64,000 bases of DNA from contig NC_083228.1 in NCBI RefSeq assembly GCF_032191835.1, positions 45,694,001-45,758,000 of the forward strand, read 5' to 3'. Shown in pieces: positions 39,019-50,198 of the stretch; position 1 is the first letter of the stretch; each line of letters starts with the position of its first letter. The notes below the pieces were generated by a model. It worked only from the letters and a program-made list of their open reading frames with translations, was not told the DNA's origin and did no database searches. The translations under genes and the position numbers were made by a program. This stretch comes from Heteronotia binoei. Lineage: Eukaryota.

Positions 39019-40383
39019 GTGCCTATGTTAAGGGTATCTCCCTTAGGGGTGGTGCCAAAAAAGGTGCCAGGGGAATACCGTTTGATACACCACTTATACC
39101 CCAAGGGCAGCTCAGTGAATTATTCCATTCCTGACATTCTTTGTTCGGTCAGGTATACTTCCTTTAACCAAGAGGTCAAAGTGGTGCGGGGTTGTGGTGT
39201 GGGGGCTGAAATGGCAAAATGTGACATTAAGTCAGCATTTTGCCTGTTGCCAGTACACCCAGAAGATTTTGACCTCCTGGGGTTTTCGTTTGAAGGAAAA
39301 TATTACATGGATAGGGCCCTACCCATTGGATGCTTGGTATCTTGCGCCACCTTTGAGCGTTTTAGTTCCTTTGTGGAATGGGCGCTTAGGATTAAGTCAG
39401 GGTTAAACAACATGGTGCATTACCCGGATGACTACCTTTTCATGGGCCCTGCGGGGTTGGGGCAATGCGCCAGGTTGTTACAGTCATTTGAAGACCTGGC
39501 AAAGGAACTAGGGGTCCAGTTGGCCCATGAAATAACTGAGGGGCCCAGCTCGGTGATTACCTTTTTAGGCATCGAGCTGGACACTATTCAGCAAGCTTCA
39601 CAGCTGCCTGCAGATAAAGTGGAGGGTCTTAGGGGTCGTTTAGCCTCCCTTAAAAGGCAGTGCAAGGTGTCGCTTTTGGAGTTGCAGCAGTTAGTGGGGC
39701 ACCTCAACTTTGCATGCAAGGTTGTTGCGCCTGGCAGGGCCTTCTTGAGGCGGCTATGTGATGCCATGGGGTCCCTGCGGCTGCCTCAACATAGAGTTCG
39801 GATTACCACAGGTACGTGTAAGGACCTGGAGGTGTGGGAAAATTTTTTGGAATCCTTTAATGGGATTTCATTTTGGCAGGAGGAACTGAAGATAGAAGTG
39901 GAGCTTCAAATTTCCTCTGATGCAGCGGGCGCCACTGGTTTTGGAGTATATTTCCGGAGACACTGGTGCACGGAGCAGTGGCCTGCGGCATGCTTGGCCA
40001 GTAGTCTCTGTCGGGACCTCACCTTTTTGGAGTTCTTTCCCATTGTAGAGGCAGTTTGGCTTTGGGGAGAACAGCTGGCCAACCACACAGTTCATTTCTG
40101 GTGCGATAACATGGCTGTGGTACATGTTATCAACTCCCTGTCATCCAAGTCTCTAGCAGTCATGAATCTGGTGCGGGCATTCACGTTGCGATGCCTTAGT
40201 TTGAACATTTTGTTCCTGGCAAGGCATGTTCCAGGAGTGTGCAATGGGGTGGCAGACACTCTAACCCGTCAACAGATCGAGCGTTTTCGCCAGCTCGCTC
40301 CAGATGCAGATCTGCAGCCAGCACGTATGCCACGGGACCTTTGGCAGCTTGGAAAGCTAAAGCCGGTAGGGCGATTTGATTAG
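39019..40383 (+). CDS. Ngaro reverse transcriptase / RNase H (open 454 aa, catalytic motif mutated)
   Basis: SPLGVVPKK, KCDIKSAF, HYPDDYL (YLDD expected), SSDAAG, LEFFPIV and FWCDNMAVV motifs. Confidence 0.93.
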   Translation: MPMLRVSPLGVVPKKVPGEYRLIHHLYPKGSSVNYSIPDILCSVRYTSFNQEVKVVRGCGVGAEMAKCDIKSAFCLLPVHPEDFDLLGFSFEGKYYMDRALPIGCLVSCATFERFSSFVEWALRIKSGLNNMVHYPDDYLFMGPAGLGQCARLLQSFEDLAKELGVQLAHEITEGPSSVITFLGIELDTIQQASQLPADKVEGLRGRLASLKRQCKVSLLELQQLVGHLNFACKVVAPGRAFLRRLCDAMGSLRLPQHRVRITTGTCKDLEVWENFLESFNGISFWQEELKIEVELQISSDAAGATGFGVYFRRHWCTEQWPAACLASSLCRDLTFLEFFPIVEAVWLWGEQLANHTVHFWCDNMAVVHVINSLSSKSLAVMNLVRAFTLRCLSLNILFLARHVPGVCNGVADTLTRQQIERFRQLAPDADLQPARMPRDLWQLGKLKPVGRFD

Positions 40384-41235
40384 CTCTAGCACCAAGCGCT
40401 CGGAAAGCTTATGATAGGGTGGTGGAGCAATTCCGGGTTTTTAGGAGCGCGGCCAGGCTTTCGGATAGTTGGCTGGTCCCTGTGGCGCACATGTTACAAT
40501 TCTGCATTCATCAGAAGGGCAGAGGGTTGGGGCTCAGGTCAATTAAGGGACAATTGGCTGCACTTTCCTTTATAAGTAAATCGCAGGGCCTGTCTGAAGG
40601 CACTGGCGACTTCAGAGTGAGGAAGATGTTGGAAGGTTGGGCGAGGGAACGCGAGCCACAGGTGGATGCCCGACAGCCCATATCCCCGTCAGTGTTGAGT
40701 GGGCTTTACAAGGTTTGGCCAGATGTATGTTTATCTTCCTTCGAGGCGGCGCTTTTCCATGCTGCCTCTTTGGTGGCCTTTTTCGGCACCCTACGGATTA
40801 GTGAGTTGGTGGTGCAGTCAAAAAAGGATACCTCGGAAAGGGCGCTTCAGGCTAGGGACGTCAAATTCAAAGGGGGGCAAGCTCGGGTGACAGTAAGTCG
40901 GTCCAAGACGGACCAGCATCAGAGAGGCACAGTGATTATAATTGGGCGGTGTGCTTCACCGGATCTGTGCCCTGTCGCTGCATTGGAGCGGTATATACCG
41001 CTCAGGGAGAGAGCAATGGCCCCTTGTTTCGCCATAGCGGGGGTTCCCCCCTAACTAAATACCAATTTTGGGTGGTGACCGGTAAGGCACTGGCAAAGTT
41101 GGGGTCGGGGGGGTTAAATTAGCTACACATTCATTCCGAATTGGTGCCGCATCCACCGTGGCTGCTATGGGTTACACCCCTTGGGCTATACAGCGGTTGG
41201 GGCGTTGGTGTTTGGCCGCCTACCGGTCATATGTT
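40380..41235 (+). pseudogene. Ngaro tyrosine recombinase (frameshifted)
   Basis: FFGTLRISE, RSKTDQ and LCPV; after a frameshift HSFRIGAA...LGRW...YRSYVRP. Confidence 0.92.
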
Positions 41236-41337
41236 CGCCCGTTGGCCTTTCAGTGAGACCAGGGGTGATGGACAGATAGTTGCTATGTTGCTTGTTGGCA
41301 TATATTTTTGGAGTTGTGACTCTTTTCTGTTTTTCAG

Positions 41338-41923
41338 GTGCTGTGGCTCATAGGGAGAGGCGTCGAATCCTCATCTGCAGGCACAGTATGATTTTTTGCA
41401 CCAGGCCAGGAGATTGCTGGTTGGCACCCAGCTGGGTCTCAGTGAGTGGGCGACTGTAGAGTGGCTGGGTTGCCGTTGGCCGGGGATCATGCCACTGTTG
41501 TTCCGCGAGAGGAGTGCACCTCCTCCACACATTTTAGGCATCCACCTTGGGGACAATGACCTTGGGTTTATGAAGGGGAAGGCCCTTTCATTGCAGGCAC
41601 GGGATGATATGCGGGCCATTAAGTGGAGATGGCCAGGAGTTCTGTTGGTGTGGTCAGCAATTCTGCCACGTAGAGTATGGCGGTATGCTTTGTCCCCTGC
41701 TGGGATAGAGCGTGCCAGGCACAAGGCCAATAGGGCCTTGCAGAAGGTCATGGAGGGGGGTTTAGGGATGTTTCTCCCCCATCTGGCCATACGAGTCGAG
41801 GATGCCACCTTGTATAGACCGGATGGGGTGCATTTATCCAAATTGGGTAACCGGGCCTTTTTGGAAGAGATTAGGCTGGGGTTGCGGTTGGCTCTGGGCT
41901 GTCCAGTGGGCGCTAATGCCTAA
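41338..41923 (+). pseudogene. Ngaro accessory SGNH/GDSL-type hydrolase ORF (one frameshift near 41398)
   Basis: Block I-like ILICRHS, block III IHLGDNDL, block V YRPDGVHLS. Preceded by a splice acceptor. Confidence 0.85.
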
Positions 41924-43124
41924 GCAGAGGCTTGGCATTAATGGTGGCAGGATGAGGTATGAGCGACAGTATTTATTCAGGGGAGCACCTATGGCCCTGG
42001 TGCAGGTGGTCTGCATGAACTGCAGATGGGCTGTATGGCTCAATGCATGGAGTGCAGATCACGGCAAAGCCTCACCAGGGCAGATCTTTTCAGAGGGATT
42101 GATGCTGGCCTAGGGGGAGGTGGAGTTTGGGCCTGGCCACTCAGCACCAGCCAGAATGTTGGGCTTGTGCTGGCGGCAGGGTGGCTTGCCCTCCAAGGAC
42201 AAGGCGGGGTCCTGTGGTTGACCCCAGGGCTTGTCCTGTTAGGCCTGTACCCCTTGCCATTCTAGTTGATTAAGTTATCTTTAATAAAGCGGCCCGGTTT
42301 ATCCAATATATTGTGTCAGCCTCTTTATTCCGATTGGGGGGGGGGAAACCGGCCCCTTCCCAGCTGGGCCGGCTCACCAGCTAGAGGCTGGGGGGCCGCA
42401 CTTGCCCTCCCAAAAGGAGGGAAGGCTGGCCCCCGTTATTTCCGGGCATGTGGGTAGGCTGCTGGGCAAGGCATCAGGTCTATAAAGACCCTGGCCCTGC
42501 ACAGTTCCATGCAGTGGAAATTCAGCTCTTGGCTCGCCCACCCGCCCACCCTGTGGCAGTACAGGTCATCACCGGTTGCTTATTAGGGGCCAGGTAGGAA
42601 TTTTTTCATTTTCACAGAATTGGCCTATGTGAATTTGTTTTTCGCCTACCTTGTACTGCCTGATAGTTTCAGGACGTTGTGGTGGAGTTATTAGTTTGGT
42701 CGCTGGGCAGGATGAGGTATGGGCTACAGTGTTTGTTCAGGGGAGCACCTATGACCCTGCACCAGCAGATGCAGGTGGTCTATATGAACTGCAGATGGGC
42801 TGTACGGCTCAATGTGGGGAGTGCAGATCACGGCAAAGCCTCACCGGGGCAGATCTTTCCAGAGGGATTGATGCTGGCCTAGGGGGAGGTGGAGTTTGGG
42901 CCTGGCCGCTCAGCACCAGCCAGAATGTTGGGCTCGTGCTGGGGGCAGGGTGGCTCACCCTCCAAGGACAAGGCGGGGTCCTGTGGTTGACCCTAGGGCT
43001 TGTCCTGTTAGGCCTATACCATTTGCCATTCTAGTTGATTAAGTTATCTTTAAAAAGCAACAAGTCACAGCGGCCCGGTTTATCCAACATACTGTGTTAG
43101 CCTCTTTATTCGGACTGGGGGGGC

Positions 43125-43402
43125 AAGAAGAAGAATTAGAAGACAATGACGATGATGATTGATGGTATTGGATATATACCTTGCCCTGCACTCTGAATCG
43201 CCTTTACCTTCCTCCCCCACAACAGACAGCTTTTAAGGAAAGTGGAGCTGAGAGAGCTCTCACAGAAGTGCCCTTTCAAGGACAGCTCTGCAAGAGCTAT
43301 GGATAACCCAAGACTATTCCAGCAGCTACAACTGGAGGAGTGGAGAATCAAATCTCATTCTCCTGGATAAGAGTTTGCACGCTTAACCACTGCACCAAAC
43401 TG
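43125..43402 (-). mobile_element. tRNA-derived SINE
   Basis: CTTAACCACTGCACCAAACTGG head on the reverse strand and AAG/GAT-rich tail. Confidence 0.8.
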
Positions 43403-43710
43403 GATCTCGATATTTTATTTGATGTTGTCTGTCTTTGCAAAATATTTCACCTGCAAACAACACACTACTAATGCATTTATCTCAGCTTGTATCTCCTTTG
43501 TTATTCATGTCTTTGTCATTCAGTTTGTTTTATCTCAAAGATTTATTATGTGAAAAAATATGGAAAACACAGTTCTGTAGCATATAACAATGGGGGACTG
43601 ACATCATTTGATAATAAATGACAGAAAATAGTTAAGAGGGGTTTATGCTAATGAAGAACATTGGAAGAGAGCAAAATGCTTATTATATACTGACAAGGCT
43701 GTTCAGTAAC

Positions 43711-44451
43711 TGTCACAAAAGAATGTGACTTGTTGCTTTTTAAAGGTATAACAAATAACTATATTTGCAATCTAGCTGGACTTATCTTTTGATAGCAATC
43801 TTGAGACTAAAGCTGCCCAGAATCAGATTAGTTTTGGAGAGCATAAGTACTCTACTGACTAGCAGGCTTGGAGTATCATATACCAGAAGTCAGGCCAGAA
43901 AAAGTCAATCAGTTCTCAGCTCAGGGCTTTAAAAGTCAGGCAAGGCAAAGTCATTCAGTTCAAAAATCAAGGTTCCAGAAAATCAGGCAAGGCAGAGTAG
44001 GTGGCTGAGTGTTTATTGTATACATTGCATCCACACTTAACATCCTCCCTTGGCTGGTTTTTATAGCCATATGCTTAAGGGCCATACTTGCAGACAGCTG
44101 CTCAGGAATAATCCTGTAACTACTCATCTTGGTTATCAGCAAGCAGCTGGCACTGAGCCAGAAGGCGTGAACTTTGCTGTCACTTCTGTAGTTCTGCTCT
44201 TAGGCTCCGTCTGCGGTGCTCAAAGGGTGTGGGTGATACTGGAGGGTTTGGAAACAACCAACTGATTCTCACCTGTTGAATCAGGACTGGAGGGTGTCAG
44301 TGGCTCTTCAGCAGCTGTTAACTGTGAATCCTGACAAGATTGCAGCTCATCTTCCTGCTTACCAGCTTCTGCTGACTCAGAGCTGACTACACAGAGCTCT
44401 TTTTCTCCTGAGGAGCTCTCGCTATTGCTAAGCCCTGGTTGACTCATGACA
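43711..44451 (-). mobile_element. Probable solo LTR (Gypsy/ERV-like)
   Basis: TGTCA...TGACA ends. On the minus strand, TATAAAA (~44058-44065) is followed by AATAAA (~44013-44018). No clean TSD, so the left boundary is uncertain. Confidence 0.55.
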
Positions 44452-44801
44452 AATAAATTGACAGCAGGGCTGGGGGGGGGGAGTCTGATTCTGATCATTC
44501 ATCATTTTCAAAACTTAAGACAGACATTTCAATACTGAAATTAAAATATTAGGAATTCAACCCCAAAGTTGTTTCAATGGAAAACACCTTGACAGATGAA
44601 CTTTCCTACTCACACAACAGGGATGATTTTTTTTTTTGGGGGGGGGGTGTCCATCACCAAACTCACTTTACCTCATTGAACTTCATTGCTTTGAACATTT
44701 TCCTCTCAGGCTTGCAACTGTGGCGTGAGGGGGAAGAGGGGCTCCTATCCCCATGGTGTTTTCCAGAGCTGAAATAGCCCTGGCAGGGAGTTATTGACAT
44801 A

Positions 44802-45538
44802 GAGCTTTTTCACACAGCCTAAGTATTCCGGTATAGCAGCTGGCCAGTTACTGAACAGTAACGGGTTTCTGCTGGCATTTCAGACAGACCCGATTCAGTA
44901 ACTGGCTGCTACCGGAATACTCTCACCTTTTCACACACTCCCGCGGCTGTCCCGGTAGTGAGGCGTGCCTGAGTCATCACAAACAAAGAGCAGCTTCTTC
45001 CACTTTTCAACCCCTCCTTCCGGGTTGAAATCGCTATGGGGTGCTGTGTGAAATGTCCAGTATCTAACCCGGGAGCAGTTTTCGCACCGTTTTTCGCCCG
45101 CCGGCGCGCGCGATCTCCGGCTTTTTTTTTTTTGAACGTCAGTTTAGATTGATATAGCAATATATCGCTATATCGACCTGTCAAAACAGCACCACCATAG
45201 GGATGGCTAGGCTCCGTTGCAATCCCTATGGTGGTGCTGTTTTGACAGGTCGATATAGCGATATATCGCTATATCGATCTAAACTGACGTTCCAAAAAAA
45301 AAAAAAGCTGGAGATCGCGCGCGCCGGCGGGCGCAAAACGGCGCGAAACCGGCTGGCGCTGGTGGAAGCGAGATAAGAGCGGAACAGTGTGAAATGGCTC
45401 GCTTCAATCACGCTTCAATCACGGAACCCTACCGGGGGAAAAAAATGTGTATGAAAACTCCCATCGCTGTCTCGGATTACTGCAAGCGGCACAATACCGA
45501 CTCCCTTCTGGTTTCCACCGGTAAGTGTGAAAAGGCCC
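44802..45538. mobile_element. CpG-rich PIF/Harbinger-like non-autonomous element with long internal palindrome
   Basis: TIR GAGCTTTTTCACAC / GTGTGAAAAGGCCC. TSD ATA. Internal arms ~45079-45204 and 45222-45348. Confidence 0.75.
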
Positions 45539-48332
45539 ATAATGATGTTCTGCCATTGGAGCAGCATGTGGATTATATCAAGCACATGCTGCTCCAAAGT
45601 TATGTGAATAAAATCCAGAGTTTATTTACATAACTTTATTTAAAACCCAGAGTTTCCCCATCATTACAACTAATCTCAAGACTATAGTGATCAGTTCCCC
45701 TAGGGAAAATGACAACCGGGGGGGGGGGGTTGATTCTATGTTACACCATAGATTATAGGTGAAATCCCATCTCGTACTCCACCCCCCCCCCTTCACATGC
45801 ACTGTCCCCAAACCGCCAGGAATTTCCCATGCCAGACTTTCCACTCCTACTCCATTTCCCATCCTTGCTTGTAAATGTATGTGGCAAACTCACTGTAGGG
45901 GGATTTCTGTTTCTCCTCATATTCTGTAATGCACTGTGTATACTGATAATATTATAATCTTAATGTCACTACATGAGATTGGTGTGCAAAAATCATCTCT
46001 CCCATACCCAAAAGCAATATATAAATTGGCCTTTAAAGACATAATGCCAAACTGACTTATTTCACATTTGTAAGAAGTAGGCCAAGACTAGGGAGAGTTA
46101 AACCCTCCTAAGGCAATTTATTTCAGTGGTTTTAGAAGGTTTAACTCTGCTTAGGGTCACATGGTAAGTAACTCTGCATTTTTTCCTATGCATTTTAATG
46201 AAGTTATTTCTTATTTCAAGTATTTTCTGAGTTTGGGAAATATCATCTTAACACAGCAAATAACACTTTCTTTGCTAAAAGGTGTATTCATGATGTGTAT
46301 GTGCCAATTATAAATTGCAAGATGGTGCCAATTAGGCCTCCTTTGTATTTATTATCCAGATTAACTCAGCATATCTCTCTGGTGCCTATTAGTTTTTGGT
46401 ATTATTAAGACATTTTCATTCTGAGTGGTTTGAGTGTGAGGTTATAGGAGCAGGATAGTTTGTACTGAAGGACAGAGGCTGACCCCCTGGAGTCATTTTA
46501 AATTCTAATTTACTTTTTTGTCCTCCTCTATTAACTTATCAGACATTTTTGTGCAGTGCAGAGTAACTACTTTTTTAACTCCATCTCTATGTTTTGGTTT
46601 TAATTATGTCACTTTTAAATGTGAGACCATGTATTCAATGGCTGTTTGACAAAAATATATTTGTCTAAAGTATTTCAGACATTTAAACTGGTTGTTTGTT
46701 TGTTTGTTTTGTCTATTTTGTGGTATGAGAATTACAGCCTGGGCTGCTTCTTTTTTTAACTGGAAAAAAGAAGTGTCAGAACTCCAGGAAAATGGAGGGA
46801 CACATGGTTGCCTCATGAACTTTTAAGCAGGGGTTTTTTTTTAGAATTTTGTTTCCATTAAGAGGTTCTGGAATTCTATTCTGCTGTGTTCCCCTCAGAA
46901 AAAGACCCTAATTACAGCTGTTCCATAATTTGATAAAGTTATGAGGAAATGGAAATCCAGTGTCGGGGCCAAAGTTTTTGCCACTTCACTTGGCGTACCC
47001 TTAGGTTTTGTTTTGTCTTACAGAGGGGAAAAAACTTTAAAAAGTTTCTATCCCCTTTCTTCCTGTTGCTTTTGCCCAAGAATTGGGGTGGGTCTCCATG
47101 CATGAAAGAAGGCTTTGGTTTCCCTCTTTGTCCTTCCCTCTTCTTTCTTCAGTAACTACCATGACTCAGATTTTGCCTTTTCTTTCTCTGCTTGTGGCTT
47201 GAAACACAGGTACAGGTTGTGTGCATGTGTGTGCACTGCTTCACTGCCCCCCTCTGGCTGCTGTTTGTAGCCTGGCCAGAAGTTTCTGGTCAATGTGCTG
47301 ATGAGCAGTCAGGTACCCTGGGTGAGATCTTTGACCACAGAGATCTTTAAAAGGAAAAGAGTTTTATTTATTGAAATACTATCTCAATTCACTAGAGCAT
47401 GGGTACTGGAAAACAATATCAAAACCCTACATGGTGCTTCAGAATGAAGAAAAGAAATATGAAACTAACTAGATTGTAGAATTACTGGTACAATACAGTT
47501 ACCTTGGCATTCCCTTCCATACAATGGATACAAGCACACTGGAATGGAAAAATAGAGGTTGGTCAAAAAAAGACTCCCTTCCCCTTGATTCCCTTGATCA
47601 CTTACCACCAACACCAGCCACCAACACAATAAGTTTGTAAAAAGCATATATATAGCATGGAAGGCAAGGAGGAGAACAGAGAAAACAAGCTTTACATGTT
47701 CAATGTAGTGGGCAAAATAGATAATCCCATTCTAACTATTTTTGTGAAGTGTGCATTCCAAATATTCTATGCAAAAAACTGACTCACAAGACAGATAAAT
47801 ATATGTCAATAGACTACCACCATTCCACTGTGTTTCACAATACTCTGAAAATGATGCTTGGTTATATTTTAGACCCACCACAGTCAAAAACAGCTAAGAG
47901 TCATAAGGGCTTTTTTGAAAAGACAGAGGTGATGAATAATATGGGCTAACAAGAAACATTTGAATGGATCTTGTGACTTTGGCACAGCTCTTTTATCTTC
48001 CCATTACAGACAAGCCTGCCATCCATAAATAAGCTTTCTCCTTTGATACAACCCTCTTGGGTGTAAGGAGATGCATGTGGCTCACTAGACCGCATATTGC
48101 GCCTTCTAACTGAAAGCCTGTGTATGCAAATGAGTTCCTTGAAACTTTAGAATTGTGCCTACATCATTCTCAGTTTCATATTGCATACTGACAAAAACAA
48201 ATCTCATACTGATACAGATCTTCCATTCCAGCCCTGAAATCTTTGTTGTATTTGTTTTTCTGTAAAAAAAGAAAATATTATTATAAAAATTAGATTGCAT
48301 ATAGTTCATTATTTTGTCCTCTATGGCCATCT

Positions 48333-48414
48333 CCTTCCTTCCTTCCTTCCTTCCTTCCTTCCTTCCTTCCTTCCTTCCTTCCTTCCTTCCTTCCTTCCTT
48401 CCTTCCTTCCTTCC
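48333..48414. repeat. (TTCC)n microsatellite
   Basis: About 20 perfect units. Confidence 1.
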
Positions 48415-49764
48415 CAAATATCTATTTCCAAAATCACTTCCTTCACACTTTAAAATATTCCCTGCATCAATATGATTTTTCTTGAAACAGACTTCTTCCC
48501 AACTGTCTAATAATGATATGACAGTGATCAGAATCATATGCCAGCATTACTAGCCCCGTTCACATGTTACAGAGAATGTACATATATCTAGCCTGTACAT
48601 GTGTACATCTGTTTGTAAGAAAGAGTTGTGCATTCACTTTATGAATGAAACTGGTGACCAGAATGCTAGATTTGTATCAGACATTAAATTATACAAACAT
48701 TGACTGTAACAAGAAAATCCCTTAACACACAAAGAATGCTCAAGTGTACCTTTTACATGGATTGTATGTGCATTCATTATAATTTATGAATTGAGCTACT
48801 ATTACACATTATTTTGACCATATGACTGCCATTAAATGCAGTAACTTCTTGTTATTCTTGCCCACCACTACAGATTGGCACAAAAAATTCACTCTGTGGT
48901 CTTGAAAAATCCCATTGAAAGGAACCACAGTCCCTTTCTTCATGGTTTGCAGAAAGCCCCCCCCCCCAAAAAAAACAACTGGGCAGAGGGAAGCACCCCA
49001 CCATACAGCTGTTTTTGGGTTTTCCTGTGCAATCCCTTTAAAGTTTAAAGGGACTGCACAAGAAAGCCCCAAACAGCTGAGTGGCAGGGAGCAGGCTACT
49101 CCCTGCTTCTCAGCTGTTTTTATGGTTTTCATGGGAACAGAAAGCAGGAGTTTAAAAGGAATCAGAGTCCCTTTAAACCCCTGCTTTCTATCCTGTTCAC
49201 AAATTGCTATGAACCACCACTAACTGCTTTAAAAGTTGGTAAAAGTTCATGATGGTAGATCTGTCACAAACTTTGGTTTGTGAACTATTAACAACTATTA
49301 ACTATTATCAAGGTTTGGTTTGTGCCCATCCCTATCCACCATCACTGACACTGGTCACACTGGCTATCAGTACCAGTGCTTCACAGCTATGGAAACATAT
49401 GACTTACATTTACATCTCTGGTGGAAACCAGATGTCAAGAAGGACTCCACAGGGACATCTCTGTGTACATTCTTGCAGGGCTCTGTATCATTAGATCCTC
49501 TTTTCATACTTTGCTCCTATTATAATGAATGTCATTGTGCCAATTATCAAATATACAAAAGCCAATTTATAAAGTTTATCACAGTCTAATGTAACACTTT
49601 ACCCTATTTAAGAAATTGACATATGTATAGCAGCTGTCTCACTTTTCAGTTGCTCTCTTCAGGTGCTTTTGTTGAAAGTAAATTGGTTGAAATTGAGATT
49701 CTGTGGGTAAGATTTTTAACTTTCTTACACAGAAATAGGGATAAGAAAAATTCCCTGTGGTGCT

Positions 49765-49925
49765 GGATAGTGTTGTCAAGTCACCCCCAATTTATGGTGA
49801 CCCCACAGGATTTTCAAGAAACAACAAACAGAGGTACTTTGTCACTGCCTGCCTCTGCATTGTGACCTCGGTATTCCTTGGTGGTCTCCTATCCAAGCAC
49901 TAACCAGAGCCAAACCAGCCCAGCT
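49765..49925 (-). mobile_element. 5S rRNA-derived SINE fragment with RTE/BovB-like tail
   Basis: 49866-49925 (CTCGGTATTCCTTGGTGGTCTCCTATCCAAGCACTAACCAG) matches the reverse complement of the 5S rRNA 3' half. Tail GGGGTCACCATAAATTGGGGGTGACTTGAC on the minus strand. Confidence 0.75.
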
Positions 49926-50157
49926 CTTTTTCCTAAGAGCAGAGGCAAAAGCACCCCATCAGCAGCAGGTTCTTTGTCCCACAGCCAGTTAAGAGCTGAA
50001 TTCTCTCAACTGATACTGGCCAATCAGAGAGTGCATAGAGCAGCCTATAAAACAAGCTCTCCACTTCAGGGAAGATTAACTCCTCACCTCCCATTCTCAG
50101 AACTTTTTTTTTTAGTTTTTTCTGATTACAACAGTGTATTTGTCATTACTAAGCAAT

Positions 50158-50198
50158 ACAGTTGTTGTTGTTGTTATTACTACTACTATTACTACTAC
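50158..50198. repeat. Compound (GTT)n/(TAC)n microsatellite
   Basis: Directly visible. Confidence 0.9.

Larger units (their letters stand above)
36943..43123 (+). mobile_element. Complete Ngaro-type (DIRS order) tyrosine-recombinase retrotransposon with split direct repeats
   Basis: Order A1 (36943-37128), gag, RT/RH, YR, hydrolase, B1 (41946-42345), A2 (42346-42532), spacer, B2 (42706-43123). Confidence 0.95.

Noticed and set aside
47812-47868. Minus-strand 57-nt exon candidate EYCETQWNGGSLLTYIYLS
   Set aside because: Not recognised and cannot be linked to other exons.
48106-48537. 143-aa ORF with RKEG repeats
   Set aside because: Translation of the (TTCC)n microsatellite.
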